NCBI GenBank assembly: GCA_030674475.1
Contig: JAUSCZ010000017.1
Coordinates: forward strand, 46,264 to 110,263
Direction: 5' to 3'
Origin: Candidatus Omnitrophota bacterium
GTDB taxonomy: Bacteria > Omnitrophota > Gorgyraeia > Gygaellales > UBA12090
DNA length: 64,000 nucleotides
A program made the position numbers and the translations under genes. The first letter of the stretch is position 1. Each line of letters starts with the position of its first letter. Below the pieces are notes generated by a model. The model saw only the letters and a program-made list of their open reading frames with translations. It was not told where the DNA came from and ran no database searches. Shown here piece after piece: positions 10,586 to 20,568 of this stretch.

Positions 10586-11629
10586 TTATTTTACCTTACT
10601 ATATCTATATTTTTCGACCATATAAGTAGCTATATCAGACCAGTCGCTATCACTATATTCAATAAGAAGCTTATTTAATACAGATACCGACTTTCTATAA
10701 TTCTTATCCGTATCGGCATATAGCAAAGACAGAAAAAACAAGCTATCATCGCGGTATTTACTACCAGGAAAATCATTAATTAACTTAGTGTGCGCGTCAA
10801 TAGCCAGATTTCTCCTGCCATAAAGGCTATAATTCCTAGCCGCGTAAAAAAGCTTATAATCCGGCTCTTTAAAAGAAGGGAGTTTATTTTTTAAATAGGC
10901 ATCCTGATAAACATTAGCAAAGTTGCCACCCCCAAAAAAGTAATATAAATCTAACACTCTGTCAAAGAAACTTATATCCTCTATAAAACTGTTTGATCGC
11001 TTAGGCGGCATCGGAATCGGGAATAGGGTAGAATACCAAGCCATGCGGGACTGATACTCACTCTCCTCTAAATTTTTGAATGCTGGATGTTTAAAAATAA
11101 TCTGCGGATTTCTAGAAAGATCATCCAATGTCGCATATTCACCGTTGGGCAATTTAAAAAATGTGTATTCTATAGGGTCAAAAACAACCCAACGATTATG
11201 AAAATACACTTCTGAAATAGTGTGCCTGGAAACCCTGGTATTATCCATTAACATAGCATAGCGGCTGGGAATACCTTTTTTTGAGAGAAGAACATTAAAA
11301 ACCTTGGCTTGATAATCACACCATCCTATACCCATAATAAGAAAATCGAGAGGCTTGCCGTCATACGGCAGAGAATTTTTAGGTAGAAATAAATTGCTGT
11401 GAGTAAATTCAAAAAGTTTTAAGATTATCTCTTCCCGCGAATTAAAACTTTTCGTCTGGCGTTCAACAATAACTCTATCCGAAAGCTGTCGGTATGCATG
11501 ATTACTGAATTTAGCAGGCAGTAAAAATAAAGATATAAAAGGCGAGATGATCAACACTAAAGATACAACGGCTAAAACCGCAACCGTAAAACGCCACTTA
11601 ACAAACATAGCTGTTTCTCTCTCTATCAA
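10586..11629 (-). CDS. Transglutaminase-like domain membrane protein
   Basis: N-terminal TM helix. A Cys...His...Asp core (GWCDYQAKVF...SRHTISEVYF...WVVFDP) resembles transglutaminase-like cysteine proteases. The C-terminus is TPR-like. Paralogue of 37051-38157. Confidence 0.5.
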   Translation of the reverse strand: MIERETAMFVKWRFTVAVLAVVSLVLIISPFISLFLLPAKFSNHAYRQLSDRVIVERQTKSFNSREEIILKLFEFTHSNLFLPKNSLPYDGKPLDFLIMGIGWCDYQAKVFNVLLSKKGIPSRYAMLMDNTRVSRHTISEVYFHNRWVVFDPIEYTFFKLPNGEYATLDDLSRNPQIIFKHPAFKNLEESEYQSRMAWYSTLFPIPMPPKRSNSFIEDISFFDRVLDLYYFFGGGNFANVYQDAYLKNKLPSFKEPDYKLFYAARNYSLYGRRNLAIDAHTKLINDFPGSKYRDDSLFFLSLLYADTDKNYRKSVSVLNKLLIEYSDSDWSDIATYMVEKYRYSKVK

Positions 11630-11647
11630 AAATATTAATTATCATAA

Positions 11648-13498
11648 CTATAAGCCTCCGTTGCTTGAGCCATGGTAGATACCCTTAATTAAATCCACGA
11701 CTCTTTTGGTGGAATTTCCGTCAATTCTATAAGCATGCCTGGAAATGAAAGCTCTGCGGCTGGAAGCAAGACTAGCTTTTGCATGTTCACTACTAAAAAT
11801 ATTTTTTATCGCTTCAAAAAGTTCGTTAAAATTTTTGGCCCCTAAGGCCGCTCCCTCCTTTACAAACGGAACAAGGTCATCCGTTTTATAAAGATTTAAC
11901 GCTATGACGGGCTTATTAAGTATAACCGCGTCCAGTGCCGCCGAAGAAAAAAGCGATGTTATAACCAAAGAACTCAAAGAGATAAGCTCTAAAATATCCA
12001 CATCCTTAACCACAAAAACATTGGGGTATCTAGCGCTAATATAATCCCTGCCGGCCAAATCAAACGGATGCATTTTAATTATTAGCTGCGTGTCGGTTAG
12101 ATATTCTATCGCCTTTAAAACATAGCCTATGGAAACAAATTCCGAATCTTTAAAATAATATACATTCAACTGTTCATCAAGATCCTTAAAGAAATTCCCT
12201 ATGTAAACTATAGTTTTTTTATCCATCTGGGCGCCTAACTTCAATAAGATATCTTTCTGGGGAGGCCTATCGTAAAATCTTTTATATAACGCGTCATGCT
12301 GGAATTTACCGGTAATAACACATTTATTCGTATCACTTCCATAACGCCCATACCAATCCGTTCCGGATTCGCCCCATAAAGCTATTTTATCCGAATGAAT
12401 TTTTGTATATACGCCCCTCTCAGCTAAAAGCCCGTGCTGAATGACTAAATTCGGTATATTGCAGTTCCTCGCGCTAAGGGTTATTGTCTTTTCAAGCTCC
12501 CTGACAGCTTCCCTCAGCACGATTATCCGCGGCTTAATTTTGTTATATAGATTTGTTAAAAAACATATATTTTTTCTAATTCTGCCAAAATCATCTATAA
12601 TAATTTTTTTGATGTAATTTTCCGAAATTCCCCAGATAGAATGACCTCTATAGTTAAAATGCTTTTTCAATTCTTTTTTGGAACGCGAAAAATACAGATA
12701 TCTGAAAAATAAACCCGCGATATCAAATCCTAACGCGCGGGTTTCCGGTATCAACGGAATAAAAGGAGCTTTTTCTCTTTTGAGCAAATTATAACGCGCG
12801 CGAATCCCTTTTTCTATCAGATACATGTAGGGGCTCAGGCCCTTATCAAGAGAGTTTTTCAATTGGCCGTAAAGACGCGAATCAATAAGCAGGCAATTCT
12901 TTACCCTGCTCGTTAAAAATATTCCGCGCAATATAAAATCCAATATGTTAGCAGTAGTGTCGCTCACAAAACGGCGCAGTTGCGCAATGATATCTTTAAG
13001 AAGATTTACGTCATTATCAATTCTTACAAATGAGCCTGAAATATCAAATTCCTCTTTTACGAATAAGGGAAAACGCGCGAATATGCTGCTACTGCTTATA
13101 AAGATAATGTTATCAGGATGAAATTTATCTATCGCTTTCAATAATATTTCTATTTTTTTTATAAGCATAGTAAATATCCGCTGTGTTTTTTCTTCTACCA
13201 GCGAACCAAGCCGAATACCCTTACAGCTATCAAAACCGTCTTTTGCTCTAAGGTTAAGATACCATTTTCGCGCAAAATCAAATATATAAGCATCCATGAA
13301 CTCATAATCTTTTACTGAAAGCAATTCATCAAAATATACCACATCCACGCCAAGTTCTTTAATAGGGGAGGTATCTACATTTGATGATACGACTTTAAAA
13401 TCGGGTTGCCGGTTATGTATCAAACTTTTTATCTTCCGGACAGCTTTGTCCAGCGAATCAAAATAATCCAGAAAAATAAGGGTCTTTTTATCGCTCAT
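11648..13498 (-). CDS. Hypothetical two-domain protein; C-terminal half is GT-B / 'HP-motif' transferase-like (candidate nonulosonic-acid or capsule transferase)
   Basis: 616 aa. The C-terminal region LIIKMHPFD...ITSLFSSAALDAVILNKPVIAL resembles HP-motif transferases (sialyltransferase/KpsS/TagF-like). The N-terminal half is unassigned. Confidence 0.35.
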   Translation of the reverse strand: MSDKKTLIFLDYFDSLDKAVRKIKSLIHNRQPDFKVVSSNVDTSPIKELGVDVVYFDELLSVKDYEFMDAYIFDFARKWYLNLRAKDGFDSCKGIRLGSLVEEKTQRIFTMLIKKIEILLKAIDKFHPDNIIFISSSSIFARFPLFVKEEFDISGSFVRIDNDVNLLKDIIAQLRRFVSDTTANILDFILRGIFLTSRVKNCLLIDSRLYGQLKNSLDKGLSPYMYLIEKGIRARYNLLKREKAPFIPLIPETRALGFDIAGLFFRYLYFSRSKKELKKHFNYRGHSIWGISENYIKKIIIDDFGRIRKNICFLTNLYNKIKPRIIVLREAVRELEKTITLSARNCNIPNLVIQHGLLAERGVYTKIHSDKIALWGESGTDWYGRYGSDTNKCVITGKFQHDALYKRFYDRPPQKDILLKLGAQMDKKTIVYIGNFFKDLDEQLNVYYFKDSEFVSIGYVLKAIEYLTDTQLIIKMHPFDLAGRDYISARYPNVFVVKDVDILELISLSSLVITSLFSSAALDAVILNKPVIALNLYKTDDLVPFVKEGAALGAKNFNELFEAIKNIFSSEHAKASLASSRRAFISRHAYRIDGNSTKRVVDLIKGIYHGSSNGGL

Positions 13499-13506
13499 TC
13501 ATTTGT

Positions 13507-14555
13507 TTAGAGTTTTTGGGCCAATAAACGCAAATCCCCTTCTCCGAATTTTTCACGCCCATACTTATCAGCCATAATCACGTCATGATCGAAATCTGTG
13601 GGAAATCCTCCTATGAGCCTCCTGAAATTCCCGAATCCAAACCGAGACAATCTAGACGTAATTTCATCCCAGCTCGTATGCCTATAAACTGCGTTTAAAC
13701 CATCGCCAAGATGATATCTTTTGCCGGTTTCAAGATTCAATTTATCAAGTACACCTAATGTAAAATCATGCGGAACATCCCTTAGGATAAAAAGTGAAGC
13801 ATCCCACAAATCATGGCTTATAGCACCACTGCCATCAGTATAATACCAAAACCATCCGCCGGATTTTAGAACACGCCTGGCTTCACAAATCGCGGCATCT
13901 TCATCCTCAAGATGATGAAAAACTCCATTTTGAATCGCAAAATCAAATGTATTATCCGGTTGGGAAACTTTATATACCGATTCAAATTTAAATTCAATTT
14001 TATCTTCCTTGATTCCCAAGCGGTTTCTGGCATCAATGGCATATTTAATTGATTCTCTCCGTAATCTATAGCATAGACGTATTCTGCTCCCTGACGAATC
14101 AAGGCATGGGCAAAATTACCGTGCCCGCATCCAAAATCTATGCATCTAAAATCCTTCAACCAACCGTCATCCAGATTGTTAACTTTAAGTCTATAAATAT
14201 ACCTCTCAATCCTGTTTTCGTATTCTTTCTTATCAAAATTGACCCAAAGTTTCTGAAATAACTCCTTGTGCCCATCCTCTAAAGTAATCCTCTCCCTACT
14301 ATTCATATTTTTTGCGCTATTCTCAATAAAAGAAACATCGCTCCAGATTTTTAAGAACTTTATTGAGTCAAGGATTAAGCCGCGGGTCAAGGCATAGGGG
14401 TGTTCTTTTAGATTGCGGTCTAACATTATTTTCTCATAACGCATATTCAGCATTACCAGCATCAAAACCTTCCCCAATGACATCATGGGAGTATTGGAAA
14501 TCTTATCCGCTTCTTTTTTTAATTCTTCTAAATCATCCAGGTATATTTTTTCCAT
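13507..14555 (-). pseudogene. Class I SAM-dependent methyltransferase disrupted by a frameshift
   Basis: Motif I (CIDFGCGHGNF, post-I AIDYGE) is in ORF 13866-14555. Motifs II/III (FDFAIQNGVFHHL, LKSGGWFW) are in ORF 13507-14019, in a different frame. The frames switch near 14020-14050. Confidence 0.6.
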
Positions 14556-14638
14556 ATTTTCGCTATTTATGTTTTCTTATTGATTCAGGATGCAGGCTGG
14601 AACCTCTCTATACTGCCATCTTCTGTTTGTGCTTTTCA

Positions 14639-15487
14639 CTATTGCTTCCCCAGGCAAGCCAGAAACGCGTATATCGTGTATTTTTCGCTGGGCTCTTTTA
14701 TGGATTCAGACTCTACTATTGAGTAACCACAGGCCTGGCTTAAATAACTAAGCGCATCCGGACTAAAAATAGTATAATGCTCTATATAAAATTCTTCTCT
14801 TTCTGTCAACTTTCCGTTATGAAGCGCGCTTAAACCGTCAGGCAGTTCTATATACACGATACCACCGCGCCCTAAAAATATCCTTGCCTTTTCCAAAAAA
14901 GATACCGGGCAATCCACATGCTCAAGGACTTTATTAAATGTTATAAGGCCGAATTTTAAACCGCTCTGATAAGAGAAAAAATCCCCCTGATAGGCGCCTT
15001 TTACTCCAACGTTATTTAGAGCATGGTTTATGGATATTGCCCCCGGGTCTATGCAATGGCCTTCCACTCCATATTTTTGAAGCTCGCCTAAAAATACGCA
15101 AAGCCCGCTGCCCACATCTAACACGCGCAACCTTTTTAATTCTATCCCCTTTTTTTCAAAAAAACGCGCAATCCTTTCGACGCGGTTTTTATTATCCGAG
15201 GAGGCAGGCGGAAAATTCATTAGCTGGTTATAGCGGGATAATATATTATTATTATAGGTGGCCGTATTATAGCTATCAACATACAGCTTATCAAAATCAT
15301 AATTGTGGAAATTGTTATAAACTCCGCAATGCCTGCATAAACAAATAATCCTATGGTAATCTTCCGGGTCTATGTCGAAATCCGTCTCTTTTTCCGGTTT
15401 TTTTGTAATAACACCGATTACTTCTAATTCTCCACAGTTACACAAATAACATTTCGAATTTTTCAATAAGGCGTTATCGTCATTCAT
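14639..15487 (-). CDS. SAM-dependent methyltransferase with N-terminal Cys4 zinc-ribbon
   Basis: CYLCNCG...CLCRHCG zinc ribbon, followed by LDVGSGLCVF motif I. Confidence 0.7.
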   Translation of the reverse strand: MNDDNALLKNSKCYLCNCGELEVIGVITKKPEKETDFDIDPEDYHRIICLCRHCGVYNNFHNYDFDKLYVDSYNTATYNNNILSRYNQLMNFPPASSDNKNRVERIARFFEKKGIELKRLRVLDVGSGLCVFLGELQKYGVEGHCIDPGAISINHALNNVGVKGAYQGDFFSYQSGLKFGLITFNKVLEHVDCPVSFLEKARIFLGRGGIVYIELPDGLSALHNGKLTEREEFYIEHYTIFSPDALSYLSQACGYSIVESESIKEPSEKYTIYAFLACLGKQ

Positions 15488-15830
15488 CCAACCACCCGGA
15501 TATTTTCATTTTTTCGGTTTTCAAATATTCAGCAAACTCTTTTCTTTTGTCTTTTTCCGCCAGCATTACAAAGTAACGACCCTGGGTATTTTTTACCAGC
15601 GCTGTCTTGAAACCCTGTTTTTTTAATCTTGAATTTAAAGAAGGCGTGGCATAAAAACCCCATTCCTTAGCGGTAACATCATATTCTCTTCCACCTTTAG
15701 TCATAAATGTAACTTGCTCATTTTGCCTAAGATATATTCTCGCGCAATCTAATATGGATATATTATTCTTAATGCCCACCTTAAATACGCGGGGCGGTTT
15801 TTTCTTTATAACTTTCATTTCCACTCCCAA
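15480..15830 (-). CDS. Hypothetical small protein (116 aa), translationally coupled between amidotransferase and methyltransferase
   Basis: Open frame with overlapping start/stop on both sides; no family recognised. Confidence 0.4.
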   Translation of the reverse strand: MGVEMKVIKKKPPRVFKVGIKNNISILDCARIYLRQNEQVTFMTKGGREYDVTAKEWGFYATPSLNSRLKKQGFKTALVKNTQGRYFVMLAEKDKRKEFAEYLKTEKMKISGWLDE

Positions 15831-16936
15831 TCTTTAATAAGAAATCCTTCCATCTTCCAGGCGCCGCTTTTTTTCTTCCAGATTTTTTTATTGCGGAATC
15901 TTTCTATTATCCCAAAAAAACGCTTCTTTGATATGCCCAGATATTTACAAAATTTCTCTATATCGCAAAGTGGAATTTCCTCTTTGCGCTCTTTTACTAT
16001 CTCTATAGCTTTTTCCCTACCTATTCTGCCGTTGCGTATTTCAATAGAAAGGTTATCAAATAACCGCGTAAAACCGAATTTATACCACTTAAGATAATGA
16101 TGAATGGATATAAAATCATCGTCTATGTCGGCATAATTATAATATCCGGTTTTGGCGCCTTCCGCTCTCGGCCTAAATCCATGTTTATAGGCAATATCGT
16201 AACTTCCGCGCGGATCCCATTTAAAATAATAGCCTAAAAACACTGCCTTGATATCCTTATCTTTTAATTTTTTATCCGTAGGTCCGTAATAAGGAGTGAG
16301 TTCTTTCTTCGTAAGGCCTTTAGACACCCAATCAGCCGCGCAAGTAGAATGCGTTACGCCAAACCTCTTGACCCATGCTGAATCAAGAAGAAACCCCTCA
16401 TATCCATCTTTCTCACTTCCGTATTCGAATGCCGAGTTTTCTCCATATACTATTAAGGGTATATTAAACTTAACCGCAATATTTAATGGTATATTAAATA
16501 TCGCCATATGCATAGGTATTCCAGTTGTTCCATAGCGCACGAAAGACTTATAAAGAAATTTTTTTTCGACTTTAGGACTTATCTGATAATCTATGTGGTC
16601 AACGCCCAAATTAATCAAATTATCTAAATTTCTCGCGCCTATACCTGTCCTAGCGGGAGTTTTCCAGGTAACAGCCAATATATTAAGGCCATACTCAAGA
16701 CACTTTATCACCTGCCATGTGCTGTCCTTGCCTCCGCTTACGGGTATAAGGCAATCGTAACCCTTACTGCGTGATTTAGCGCTATGGACAACGCGCTTAA
16801 ACATAAGGCGCCGCCTCTCCCAATCTGTTTCTTCCTGCTTCTTTAAACTGTTTTTACAGGCGTTACAAACACCATTATTTGCGATTACTATGCCGGGACG
16901 CGTATCAGGAAGTATACACTTTTTACAATAATTCAT
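15815..16936 (-). CDS. N-acetyl sugar amidotransferase (PP-loop ATPase; WbuX/PseA-type)
   Basis: N-terminal CxxC...CxxC zinc ribbon (CKKCILPD...CNAC) and PP-loop SGGKDS. Confidence 0.75.
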   Translation of the reverse strand: MNYCKKCILPDTRPGIVIANNGVCNACKNSLKKQEETDWERRRLMFKRVVHSAKSRSKGYDCLIPVSGGKDSTWQVIKCLEYGLNILAVTWKTPARTGIGARNLDNLINLGVDHIDYQISPKVEKKFLYKSFVRYGTTGIPMHMAIFNIPLNIAVKFNIPLIVYGENSAFEYGSEKDGYEGFLLDSAWVKRFGVTHSTCAADWVSKGLTKKELTPYYGPTDKKLKDKDIKAVFLGYYFKWDPRGSYDIAYKHGFRPRAEGAKTGYYNYADIDDDFISIHHYLKWYKFGFTRLFDNLSIEIRNGRIGREKAIEIVKERKEEIPLCDIEKFCKYLGISKKRFFGIIERFRNKKIWKKKSGAWKMEGFLIKDWEWK

Positions 16937-16938
16937 TT

Positions 16939-18759
16939 CTAGCTATTTAGCTCTAAGAATATCTTGGCGTTTATAAAATTAAACAAAAACATACTATAAC
17001 TATTTGCCATAGGCTTTATGTTCATTATTGACTCTATCTTATCCCTTTTAATTAACTTAAAAACCGGGCTATCGCTAAGCAGGTATTCTTTATTTTCTTT
17101 CTTTTCGAAATCCACCAAAGAATGGATAGAAGCATTAAAACCTTTTTTTTGCCTGTCTAAGCGGACCCTATCGTTTAATATGCCTTTCGTTGCTTGTCGC
17201 AGTATATACTTGCCGTAGGCATTCTGAATTAAATACTCGTTAGGTATAGAGTAAGAAAATTTAAACAAGTTTGAGTCCAGGTATGGGCTTCGGTTTTCTA
17301 TGGAATAAAACATTGAATTTAAGTCATCTTCATGCAATATGACCGGTGTCGCCTCATGAAATAATTCGTTTAGCATTCTGTTTCTGAGCAGCGAATCGCA
17401 ATACCTAATCTCGCTAAATTCTTCTTTAAAATCCCGTGTAAGAAAATCCGCGAACACATCATTATTTAAATATATATGATCCCGGAAATTAATATCTTCT
17501 GAATAAAGCCGCGGATTTTGAAGATGCGGATTGCGGATAAACCCCTTCACGTTATCTTCCCATTCCTTAAGGTATCTTGGAAATTTCTGGCTGTCAGCCA
17601 TCTCATAGAGATACAAATTAAAATGGTCGTAATATCCGGTGACCAGCTCATCCGCGGCTGTGCCTGAAGCGACCACTCTGTACCCTGCCTTAGATATTGC
17701 CTCAGAAAGAAGGGAATGAATATAATATGTGATCGTATAAACAGGAGCATCGTGGTATTCTATCAGATTCTTAAGCTTTTTGAGCGTTCCATGCTGCTCT
17801 ATATTAATTATCGTATTTTTGCACCTTAAATCATCTATTGTGGCCTTTATATTGTCATACTCATTATATCTTGGGTCGCTGTCAATTATGGAAAACGTGG
17901 CGACATCATAGTTAAAAACTTTTTGTGCTATAGAAACAATGGCAGATGAATCAACGCCTCCGCTAAGACAAAAAGCCAGAGGCACGTCCGCCCGAAGCCT
18001 TATTTTTATGCTCTCTAAAAGGTAATGTTTAAATCCCTCAACGGCCTCATCTATTGTCATTGAGCGGGGGGTGTATCCGGGCGTCCAATAACGGCTTAAT
18101 TCCGGCTTTAGATCGCCGTTAATTACCATGTTAGCAGCGTAAGGCAGTTCTTTTATCTCTTTAAAGAATGTCTCGTCTGTTTTATAGAGCGCCTTATACC
18201 CATTTACGATATGCCTTAATAAATGATTATTGTTAACGGTTGGGACTATCGCGGATAAAGATTTAATGAATTTTACTTCGGAAGCAAAATATATACCGTC
18301 GGGACAACACATATAATACAAGGGTTTTTCGGCAAAACGGTCGCGGGAAAGAAAAAGTTTATTCTGGCAAGCATCAAAGATCGCGAAACTCCACATACCC
18401 TCAAAATAGCTGACACATTCTTCTTTATATAGAATATAATGCTGCAGCAGTATTTCCGTATCAGATTCGGTTTTAAGCTTGATGCCTTTGTTAATAAGCT
18501 GTTTTTTTAATTCTATGTAGTTATAAATCTCGCCGTTAAAAATCAAAGTATAATCACCTATCGTAAACGGCTGGTTAGATCTGACATCGAGGTCAATAAT
18601 GCTTAATCGCGAATGCAAAAAATAGATATATAAATCCCCGGATTTAAAAACAGCATGGCCCTGATAATCCGGGCCGCGGTTTTTCATTAAATTTAAGGCC
18701 TTTAAGATTCTTTCTTTATTAATCGGTTTTTTTCCTATGTATCCGGCTATACCGCACAT
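16939..18759 (-). CDS. Asparagine synthase (glutamine-hydrolysing) family amidotransferase
   Basis: MCGIAGYIG N-terminal nucleophile and SGGVDSS PP-loop; 606 aa. Confidence 0.85.
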   Translation of the reverse strand: MCGIAGYIGKKPINKERILKALNLMKNRGPDYQGHAVFKSGDLYIYFLHSRLSIIDLDVRSNQPFTIGDYTLIFNGEIYNYIELKKQLINKGIKLKTESDTEILLQHYILYKEECVSYFEGMWSFAIFDACQNKLFLSRDRFAEKPLYYMCCPDGIYFASEVKFIKSLSAIVPTVNNNHLLRHIVNGYKALYKTDETFFKEIKELPYAANMVINGDLKPELSRYWTPGYTPRSMTIDEAVEGFKHYLLESIKIRLRADVPLAFCLSGGVDSSAIVSIAQKVFNYDVATFSIIDSDPRYNEYDNIKATIDDLRCKNTIINIEQHGTLKKLKNLIEYHDAPVYTITYYIHSLLSEAISKAGYRVVASGTAADELVTGYYDHFNLYLYEMADSQKFPRYLKEWEDNVKGFIRNPHLQNPRLYSEDINFRDHIYLNNDVFADFLTRDFKEEFSEIRYCDSLLRNRMLNELFHEATPVILHEDDLNSMFYSIENRSPYLDSNLFKFSYSIPNEYLIQNAYGKYILRQATKGILNDRVRLDRQKKGFNASIHSLVDFEKKENKEYLLSDSPVFKLIKRDKIESIMNIKPMANSYSMFLFNFINAKIFLELNS

Positions 18760-18782
18760 AATTAAAATTGTTTATTTTTCTT

Positions 18783-19793
18783 CTAACTAACATCGCTCCG
18801 CAAAATAAATTCCCCCTTTTTAACCGGCCTAAGAAGAGTTTTTCCTATAATTTCAGACTCCCGGCCAACGGCTAATCCGCAAGAAGGACGAACCCAAGTT
18901 ATATCATCTAACGTCAATATTTTTCCGCAACATAGGTTACGCTTTGCCGTTATCGAACGGCGCACCATATTTATAATCTGCCTTTCGCTTTTCTGCCTGA
19001 TTTTATTTCCATTGCCCATCATTTTCGCTGCCTCATTTATCTTTTTAACCATAAGCCTAAATTCTTTAGGATCAGCGGCTATCTTATGATCATGGAATTC
19101 AGAATAATTTTTATCAATTGTAAAATGTTTCTCAATGATCCTGGCGCCTAAGGCGACGGATAAAACAGCAGCATCTATACCCAAGGTATGATCCGAATAC
19201 CCTACCGTAAGGTCAAGCCTGTCTTTCAATGTCTTTATCGCTAACAAATTTGCCTCCTCAGGCTTTACCGGATAACTTGTTACGCAATGAAGCACCGCAA
19301 GCTCCTGCTTAAATTTTAACCTACGCCAGATATTAAAGATAAAATTCTTCGTTTTGATAATATCGGAAAATTCTGCTAATCCAGTAGATAAGATAATCGG
19401 TTTTTTGGTTTTCGCGATAACCTCTATTAACGGAAAAAAGTTATTATCGCCTGAAGAAATTTTAAAAGCCGGGACTAAATCTCTCAAAAAAATAGCGCTC
19501 TCTATGTCAAAGGGAGTTGAAAGAAATAAAACACGCTCATTTACAGCAACTTTGTTTAATTTTTCGAATTCTTTGTAGGTAAATTGATAACTTCTGAGTT
19601 GTCTTATCCTTTCTTTTTGACCAACAGATACCAATTTCTCCGGAACTATAGTTTGGAATTTAACCGCATGCGCGCCTGATTCAGCCGCAAGCTGTATCAT
19701 TTTCTTCGCTAAACTAAAACTGCCTTCATGATTATTGCCAATCTCGGCAACTATTAAAATATTTTCATCCAGGTCAAAATTATCTATTTTCAT
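18783..19793 (-). CDS. Nonulosonic acid synthase (NeuB/PseI/LegI family)
   Basis: IGNNHEGS...AVKFQT motifs, a C-terminal SAF domain, 336 aa. Confidence 0.85.
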   Translation of the reverse strand: MKIDNFDLDENILIVAEIGNNHEGSFSLAKKMIQLAAESGAHAVKFQTIVPEKLVSVGQKERIRQLRSYQFTYKEFEKLNKVAVNERVLFLSTPFDIESAIFLRDLVPAFKISSGDNNFFPLIEVIAKTKKPIILSTGLAEFSDIIKTKNFIFNIWRRLKFKQELAVLHCVTSYPVKPEEANLLAIKTLKDRLDLTVGYSDHTLGIDAAVLSVALGARIIEKHFTIDKNYSEFHDHKIAADPKEFRLMVKKINEAAKMMGNGNKIRQKSERQIINMVRRSITAKRNLCCGKILTLDDITWVRPSCGLAVGRESEIIGKTLLRPVKKGEFILRSDVS

Positions 19794-19808
19794 TTTTACG
19801 ACATAAAA

Positions 19809-20549
19809 TCACTCATTATGATAATGAAATATATAACTGCTCTCTTTAACCCTAAAACCCGCCTTTTCATAAAGCCTCAATGAAGGGATATTGGCTATCT
19901 GTGTCCCCACTCTCAATAATTTTTTACCCTTAAAATTATTTTCTGTGAAACTTATCATCGCGGAAGCAACGCCTTTGCCCTGATAAAGGATATCTACGGC
20001 AATAAGGTCTATCAAAATAGCATCATCCTTATTAATAAGCTGCAGGAATCCTATGGGTTTTTCTTTGTCTAAAGCCACAACCATCGCATTGCCGCGGATA
20101 CCCTTAAAAAAATTGCGCACCCATTCCACCTTAACAGAATCAGCGATATCTTTAGAAATTAAAGGGTCCCTATGAAACCTGCTGTATTTAAAAGCGGAAC
20201 CGGCGATCTTTTCCAGTCGGGGTTCATCACCGACAACGGCAAATCTTGTTATCCAATTTTTAACGAGTTGAGCGGATGGAAAAATTTCCTTTTCCAATAC
20301 GATATTTGTATCTATCAAATTAAAGCCTGATTTTTCCAATGCCTTAATGCTCTTAATGGACGCAGGTAAAACCTTGGCGTAAATAAAAATAGGCTGTTTC
20401 AGAAATTTTTCAAAAATGCCGTATTCTTTGCTTTCTTTGTCTGATAATGCCGCCGCTAAAATATCGTCCATACTCAAACGATAGGTTTTACGCCCAAGAA
20501 TTTGCGCCAGCCACACATCCTCTATAAAGTTAAGCTGATTATTATCCAT
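19809..20549 (-). CDS. GNAT family N-acetyltransferase
   Basis: C-terminal LYEKAGFRV motif and acetyl-CoA-binding-like QGKGVASAM. Confidence 0.7.
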   Translation of the reverse strand: MDNNQLNFIEDVWLAQILGRKTYRLSMDDILAAALSDKESKEYGIFEKFLKQPIFIYAKVLPASIKSIKALEKSGFNLIDTNIVLEKEIFPSAQLVKNWITRFAVVGDEPRLEKIAGSAFKYSRFHRDPLISKDIADSVKVEWVRNFFKGIRGNAMVVALDKEKPIGFLQLINKDDAILIDLIAVDILYQGKGVASAMISFTENNFKGKKLLRVGTQIANIPSLRLYEKAGFRVKESSYIFHYHNE

Positions 20550-20568
20550 CCATGCCCTTGCTATTTAA

